This document shows, one piece after another, positions 44,670-64,000 of a stretch of 64,000 nucleotides of DNA. The notes under the pieces were generated by a model. It ran no database searches, was not told the DNA's origin, and saw nothing but the letters and a program-made list of their open reading frames with translations. Position 1 is the stretch's first letter, and each line of letters starts with the position of its first letter. The stretch lies in NCBI RefSeq assembly GCF_009914755.1, contig NC_060930.1; one strand, 5' to 3'. Made by a program: the position numbers and the translations under genes. This stretch comes from the human T2T-CHM13v2.0 reference genome, Homo sapiens.

Positions 44670-45259
44670 TGTTACTGGAAAGGGGTCTGGATCCAGACTC
44701 CAAGAGAGGGTTCTTGGATCTTGCGAAAGAAAGTATTTGGGGTGAGTCCATACAATCAAGTGAAAGCAAGTTTATTAAGAAAGTTAAGGAATAAAAGAAT
44801 GGCTACTCCATAGGCACAGCAGCCCTGAGGGTTGCAGGTTGCCCATTTTTATGGTTATTTCTTGATGATATGCTAAACAAGGGGTGGATTATTCATGCCT
44901 CCCGTTTTTAGACCACATAGGGTAACTTCCTGACGTTGCCATGTCATTTGTAAACTTTCATCGTGCTGGTGGGACTGTCTTTAAACATGCTAATGCATTA
45001 TAATTAGCATATAATGAGCAGCAAGAACAACCAGAGGTCACTGTCATTGCCATCTTGGTTTTGGTGGGTTTTAGCGGGCTTCTTTATTGCAACCTATTTT
45101 ATCAGTAAGATCTTTCTGATCTTATCTTGTGCTGACCTCCTATCTCATCTTATGACTTAGAATGCCTAACTGTCTGGGAATGCGGCGCAGTAGGCCTCAG
45201 CCTTATTCTACCCAGCCCCTGTTCAAGATGGAGTTGCTCTGATTCAAATATCTCTGACA
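44670..45259 (-). mobile_element. Complete MER41 solo LTR lacking the GAS segment (MER41A-like)
   Basis: tgttactggaaagggg...tctctgaca; TSD caaa/caag; ttattcatgcctccc junction without the STAT segment. Confidence 0.85.
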
Positions 45260-45523
45260 CAAGGATGTCAAAGGCAATACTGAAAGGAAAGGAAGCCAAC
45301 CAAAAGGGCTCCCATTGGCCAGCCTGTGATAATGTGAGCATTAGAAAATAACAATATCAATTTTAGATATCTTTAGTAGTAGTAATAGTAGTAGTAAGTA
45401 ATAATATGACAGTTATTTTGAACTAGCTGAACCTGGATAGCAATGAGTTTATAACCATAATCAAAGGAGAAACACTCTTTTAAATAGCAACAGATAGTTG
45501 TAATAAATAAAAAGGGTGAATAT

Positions 45524-46219
45524 TGAGGACTAAACTTTGACTTTTTTCTTTTCTTGCCCAAATTCCTACCTAAGGGGCCTGAGGAGTCACATCCTACAAA
45601 CCATAAAGTCTCATCAGAGGGGCTTTATTTAACCCTATATAACGTGGCTCACTTTCCAACTTGACTCTGGCATAACATCGCATAACAAATAAGGAAGAAA
45701 ATCAAAATATTTTCACTCCAAATATATTTCCTTGCCGTATCTTGAAACTGCCCTGCAAAGTCATCTCTTGTCGGGGGAAATCCCCTTTCTGTAGAGAATT
45801 CCCTTTCCCTTTTTCCAGGAGAGAATCAACAAATATTTACAATCTCTTCTCTCTGAATACTGCTACCTGGAAGCCTCATCTCCATAATAAGAACCTTGGT
45901 CTCTACAACCCCTTGTCTTAACCTAGGCATTTCCTTTCTTTTGATCCCAGGTCCTTAGATAAACTCTTTAACCAATTGCCAATCAGCAAATTTTTAAATC
46001 TATGGCCTGGAAGCTCACCTGACCCAGCTGTTTTGAGTTGTCCCACCTTTCTGGACCCAACTGAACCAACGTAAATGCTCAAAAATGTATAAAACCAACC
46101 ACCTTGGGCACATGTTCTCAGGATCTCCTGAGGGCCGTGTCATGGACCATGATCACTCATATTTGGCTTGGAATAAATCTCTTCAAATATATTACGGAGT
46201 TTTACTCTTTTCATCAACA
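45524..46219 (+). mobile_element. Solo ERV1 LTR, MER4D/E-like
   Basis: tgaggactaaactttga...catcaaca; TSD atat at 45520-45523 and 46220-46223. Confidence 0.8.
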
Positions 46220-46327
46220 ATATGATAAAATAGATTTCATTTTTATTGATTTTGGTAAAAGTTATAGTATGGATATTAGTTGTTGTTGTTGTTGTTTTGA
46301 ACTACGTAAGTAGAAAACAGTAAATAT

Positions 46328-46657
<330 letters not shown>

Positions 46658-46863
46658 TCAAATTATCCCTAAAGAATTAGGTGTTCAGCCAGAAAAGCAA
46701 AATCCCTGCCAGTCCAGGGGCAGCTCAGATAGAAGCAGGTCAAAGGCTCTCTGGGAGCTGGTCAGCACTGGGAGTCCTTGGCAGTTGCCAGTGAAAAAGA
46801 GGAGCCAATTCTGTGCTCCAAGGCAACACATTACCCAAATTCCTCAAGGAAGAAGATCGTTAG

Positions 46864-47545
46864 TGATACAGGAGCTAGAAATAAATTATTTATGCAGATA
46901 GATAGTGAGGGCAAAAGAGTCCTTAGTAAGGGTTCCCTTTTAAGAAAAAGTAGCCCAAGGAATTATTATTTTTTTCTAACAAAGAGCAGACCGAAAAATC
47001 AAGCTGCAAATGTAGATAAGCAAGCTGGAAGTTTGCACAGGGGAACACCGGCAGCTGTGCCAATAGAAAGGTGTTACCTGGGGGCCAGGCATATCCAACA
47101 TGGAGGCTCCATCTTCCCTTTTTTGTTACCATGTGTACAGTACAGGAATGGACATCGTGGCATCGGCCAGGCAGATAACCCATCTGCATAATAAAAGATT
47201 AGGGTGGGGGTGGCCATCTTTTCATGCTATATGCAAATGGCACACCTAGCCCTAACCAGTTTTTCACACCTATGCAAATGGTACACTACCTGGTCCAAAC
47301 AATCTTTTGCACCATATGTAAGTCAGACACTGCCTCCTCAAGCTCATCTATAAAACGCCCTGCATTTCACTGCAGATCTAGCAACCCATTTCTCTGGGAC
47401 CCCTCTCTGCTGCAAAGAGCTCTTCTCTTTCTTTCATCTATTAAACTTCCACTCTTAACCTCACTCCTTATCTGTCCATGTCCTTGATTTCCTCGGTGTG
47501 AGACAACGAACCTTGGGTATCACCCCAGATGACAAGGCCACTTCA
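46864..47545 (+). mobile_element. Solo ERV1 LTR, MER50-like
   Basis: tgatacaggagctagaaa...gccacttca; TSD ttag at 46860-46863 and 47546-47549. Confidence 0.8.
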
Positions 47546-47784
47546 TTAGTAGACCTTCCTAATTATGAGCTATGGATGGAGCAAATGTAAGTTTCCAAGA
47601 TATTGAAAGACCCAGAACAATGGGTGAGGTACAACCAGCCTTGCATGCAAAACTTAAAGAATATATCAGACACCAAATTTCAAAAGATTAAAATCTACTT
47701 GAAAGTCAGGAACTTAAGAGTCCTGTGATTAAATAAAGGAGACCAAATTATAAAGAGGGACCCCACCTAATAACCTTCACATGG

Positions 47785-48127
47785 TGCTGGGAGAAAAGCT
47801 GAGTGTTGGGAGCAAAGCTGAGGTAGGGCTTGCATGTCTGCTAGACTTGCTGGCTCCTTGCTTCTAGCACTCCCATTATCTCAAGTAGCCATATGTTTCT
47901 CATTCACTTGATACACCGTTTCCTTTCAACCCCCACATCCTCACCAACTCTTTCTTTGTTTGATCACCAATAAATAGCGTGGGCTCCCAGAGCTAGGGGC
48001 CTTTGCAGCCTCCACACTCGCGATGGCCCCCCCGTCCCACTTTCTCTCTCTGTCTTTTTCTCATTCCTTTGACTCCGCCACACTTCGTCGCCCCCACAAC
48101 CTGGTATTGGGTCTGATCACCCCAACA
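47785..48127 (+). mobile_element. Solo ERVK LTR, LTR14-like (HERV-K14/HML-1)
   Basis: tgctgggagaaaagctgag...accccaaca; AATAAA; 6-bp TSD acatgg at 47779-47784 and 48128-48133, typical of beta-like ERVs. Confidence 0.8.
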
Positions 48128-48228
48128 ACATGGCCTGATGTAGATCTCTTTGAACTAGACAATTAAGTCCCAGATCCCAACCAATAATCAGTCAACAACC
48201 CCAATTCTGACCTTGGTTGTTCTGAGAT

Positions 48229-48739
48229 TGAAGAGCGAATTCATGAATTGTATAAGTATAATCAAAGACAACCAAAAATTTTTACTTTTTCTCTCAAAAG
48301 CTAAATGTAGTGTAGTGCCCCTGTAGTCTAAGTTAGAGAAGAATACTAACTGCCTGTTTTTCCTTCTGTGCTCAGTGAGCCTTGCCTGTACTTGCTAGTT
48401 TCACATTCCTTGAGGCTCAGCGAGTTCCTGCTTCAGCTTCCTAGCCCAGCTGCAAAGTTACAAGGTTGATACAGAAACATGGTTTCCCAAGGATGTGGAA
48501 CATGTAGTATAGATAAATGTAAAAGACTGATCAACTGCCTTAATTCTCGCTTCTGTAAGTACACTTCCTGCATCACGTAGCTCCTGACCACTGACTGCTT
48601 AAAAGGTGGCTGCTTTCTTTGTCCGGGGCTCAGACTTTACTGGATGCTAGTCCTACTGAGCCAGGTGATCACCTTTTAATAAAGACCTTTCCTGAACTCA
48701 CGCTGTTCGGTGTCTCCCATCTTTGATTGTCCCGCAACA
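48229..48739 (+). mobile_element. Solo ERV1 LTR, LTR15-like
   Basis: tgaagagcgaattcatg...cccgcaaca; AATAAA; TSD agat at 48225-48228 and 48740-48743. Confidence 0.7.
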
Positions 48740-48791
48740 AGATCTTTTTGTTTTGCTTTTTCTTCTTTATTCCTTTTAGTGCTGGTAAAAT

Positions 48792-49840
<1,049 letters not shown>

Positions 49841-50278
49841 CATAAAGAAAACCTTTAAATCCTCACCGCTAGCCTTTTCTAATCAGTTTTAGTATAAATA
49901 TGCAGTTTTGTAATTATTGTGAGATTTTGTGTGTGTTGTCTGCTCTTTAAAGTGTTTAAAGAGCATTTGAGAGACTCCGATTGAACTTGGGATTTTCATT
50001 AAATGATTAGAAGAGTTTAGTTAAATAAATTTTGGTAAATGTTTAAATGTTTAGGGAAATTTAACTTATTTAAACCTATTAAGTTTGGGTTGGTTCCTCT
50101 TATAAGTAGTTTGAATACTTACGAGTGTTAATTGTTTAAGGAGACGTTAATTTAACAAATTCATAAAATTAATAAATTTGGCATGGAACAAAGCCCAAAG
50201 AGTAGTGAGCATTACTCTCCATACACAAAAGCCTCTCAGACATTAAATAAGCTATCAATATATTCCAGGATGGCAGGG

Positions 50279-52862
<2,584 letters not shown>

Positions 52863-53652
52863 ACTTAGCCTTTGTTCTGCAGACTTAATTTTGTAAGCAG
52901 AATTGAGATCTACATCCAGTTACCCGTTGTGAGTGATGAAGTGACTTGGGACCTATTCGAACATAACATATTCTTCCAGGGAAAGTCTCATGGGTTCAGC
53001 CGTTCAGCGACTATTCACTGGGCCCTGGACACTGCTGGGGCGATGGGAGGTTCCTGCCCCTGTGGAGTTTACAGTCCAGTTGTGGAGGAGAGAGACACAC
53101 GTGAGACACTAATCTGACGATGCTAACAATGTGTGCCAGGCAGTGTATAACACATATGTTCTGGAGACAGGGGGATCTCTAAAAGTTTGAGTTGGATGAA
53201 AAAGCCTTCTCAGAGAGGCAGGGATTGAACTGGCCCCTAGAGGAAGAGCTTTCCAGGCTAGGACTTCACGTGAGCAAATGCACAGATGTTGCATTGTGTT
53301 GACTATTGAATATGGTGCATTTAAAGTACAGTCATGGCTGAGGGTTCAGAAGTGGGAAGTGACTTTGGAAAGGTGGTTGGGCCATCTCTCAAGATGAGGG
53401 CAGAAGGCAAGGCTGAGGCTCCTAAATGACAGTTATAACTAAACTTATATGTTGAGTAGACATTACACATGACCTATTGGAAAGAAACTATTAAGTGATG
53501 TACTATAAAGTCATTTTAATTTGCCCACAGAGGCATGAGTTGGATTTAAGGAAGCAAATCCTTTTAAAATGGACACTTTAGAGTCTATTCCTCTTGTATC
53601 AAATTGCTGTTGGGAAATGAAGAAATTTGGGGACATGATGGAAATGCTCTAG

Positions 53653-56784
<3,132 letters not shown>

Positions 56785-57208
56785 TGATGTTTTCAAATGC
56801 ATATGAGGTGCAAGTAAAGTTATATTCCTGACTTTCCAAACCAAGTAAGTGTTAGTTTTCATTCAAGCCCCTTTGTCACATCCCATGCCAGGCAGCATGA
56901 GTTCTTATGATGTGAGCAGGGGATAAACCAAAATTTTGTCAGGGGTGGGATAGGATTTAGAGGGAGAGGCACATCCCTCCTTGATTCCTATCCATTCATT
57001 GATTCAGTAAACACTTAACAAACCCCACCTTTTTCCTAATTGTGGTCGGGTTAGAGTGTTAAATAAGGTCAAATCCCACCCTCAGGAGGCAAGCTTTCTC
57101 AAGGAGGCCCCAGATGCATGGCCCTTACACAAACAGGAGAATGAAGTGCAAGAGAGGCATTATAAAGGGCCATGGGAAAGAGAGGTGTATGTGGATGCAT
57201 GTGCTCTG

Positions 57209-57210
<2 letters not shown>

Positions 57211-57246
<36 letters not shown>
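57211..57246. repeat. (GT)18 microsatellite
   Basis: Perfect dinucleotide run. Confidence 0.95.
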
Positions 57247-57248
<2 letters not shown>

Positions 57249-57278
57249 CAAAAAGCAGACCTCACAGAGGAAGTGTCA

Positions 57279-60837
<3,559 letters not shown>

Positions 60838-61445
60838 TAAAACATATTTAGAGGAGAGCACAGCTAATAGACCTGTCTCCTCCAAAAGCCTTTGTTTTGA
60901 AGTCAATGGTCACATGCACCTACAAAACCATTTCAAATTCAAGAGGTCGAAAGATATTTGCCTAATACTCCAAAAAAGTGGCTTTACGGAACCTTAATTT
61001 TATTACCTCAGCAGACAAATAATTATTTTCCAAAGTTTTTCTACCTTAACTCTTCTACATTTCCGGCAGTCTTCTGCCATTGGCTGGATTGTCTGTGTGG
61101 GAAGGGACAGGGACAGGGGGTGATAGTCTACATTCCTGCCACCCCCAGCCTCCCTACCTAGTTTCTGCAACTGACTAAACAGCCCAGAGTTTACAAAGCG
61201 GAAATTCACTGGGGAATGTGACATGTCAAATCATAATGTTTATAAGACTTAATGAGTAGGAATAAAACCACAATTTTCCAAGTAGTGATATCTGGAAGAA
61301 AAATCATGGAAACCATATCCACAGGGGCTTCAAGCAGAGCTGCTTCCCTGAGGCAGAGGAAGAGTCTGGCGCCACGGGAAAACCAATGTTCACTGCTGCC
61401 CATGTATTGTGGAGTCACATCGCTTGGAAGACACAGCCACTTTTC

Positions 61446-63016
<1,571 letters not shown>

Positions 63017-63252
63017 ACATCAATGAATATTTTGTAGGTGACCATTAAGGACTGAAAATATCTATGGTAAGGCAAGAGATGACAGAAACCTGGACAGACC
63101 TGGAGGAGAAATGGTGTCACCCAAAAGGGCTCTGTAGTTATAAACGAGGAAGCAGCAGCTGAGTTCATCAAGGGTCTGTGTCAGTCACATCTGTATTTAA
63201 TGGTTTAGTGTTATTTTTTCCCATATATATTAGTCCATTCTCACACTGCTGT

Positions 63253-64000
<748 letters not shown>

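Noticed and set aside
49860-50180. Very AT-rich unique stretch considered as NUMT or RNA gene
   Set aside because: No recognisable mitochondrial gene, tRNA fold or TSD; a BLAST search would be needed

Overview
Hominoid (human or great ape) nuclear DNA matching the SEC63 locus (human 6q21). It contains SEC63 exon 1 on the minus strand (CDS 15040-15163, GT donor at 15039) in a CpG-island promoter, about 15 kb of intron 1 to the left and about 48 kb of repeat-dense upstream DNA to the right. A full-length processed RPL3 pseudogene (61446-62749, minus strand, 14-bp TSD) is disabled by one CGA>TGA nonsense change. Most of the rest is transposon-derived: about 70 Alu pieces, a 5'-truncated SVA with a 16-bp TSD antisense to SEC63, L1/L2/MIR remnants, Tigger and MER5 DNA transposons, and more than 10 solo LTRs (three MER41-family copies, MER39, MER61, MER4, MER50, LTR14, LTR15, MST/MLT, LTR16). 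Highlights: (1) a CpG-rich, TSD-flanked ~100-bp snaR-family (CAS/ASR-like) Pol III retrocopy with intact A and B boxes at 24778-24877; (2) a MER41B-type LTR with an intact STAT GAS site about 6 kb upstream of SEC63; (3) a 64-bp perfect templated copy between two Alus 2 kb apart; (4) five solo LTRs packed into 4 kb. Almost all supplied ORFs are Alu-, SVA- or GC-derived artefacts. Repeat subfamily names come from recalled consensus sequences and boundaries are approximate; both need RepeatMasker/Dfam confirmation.
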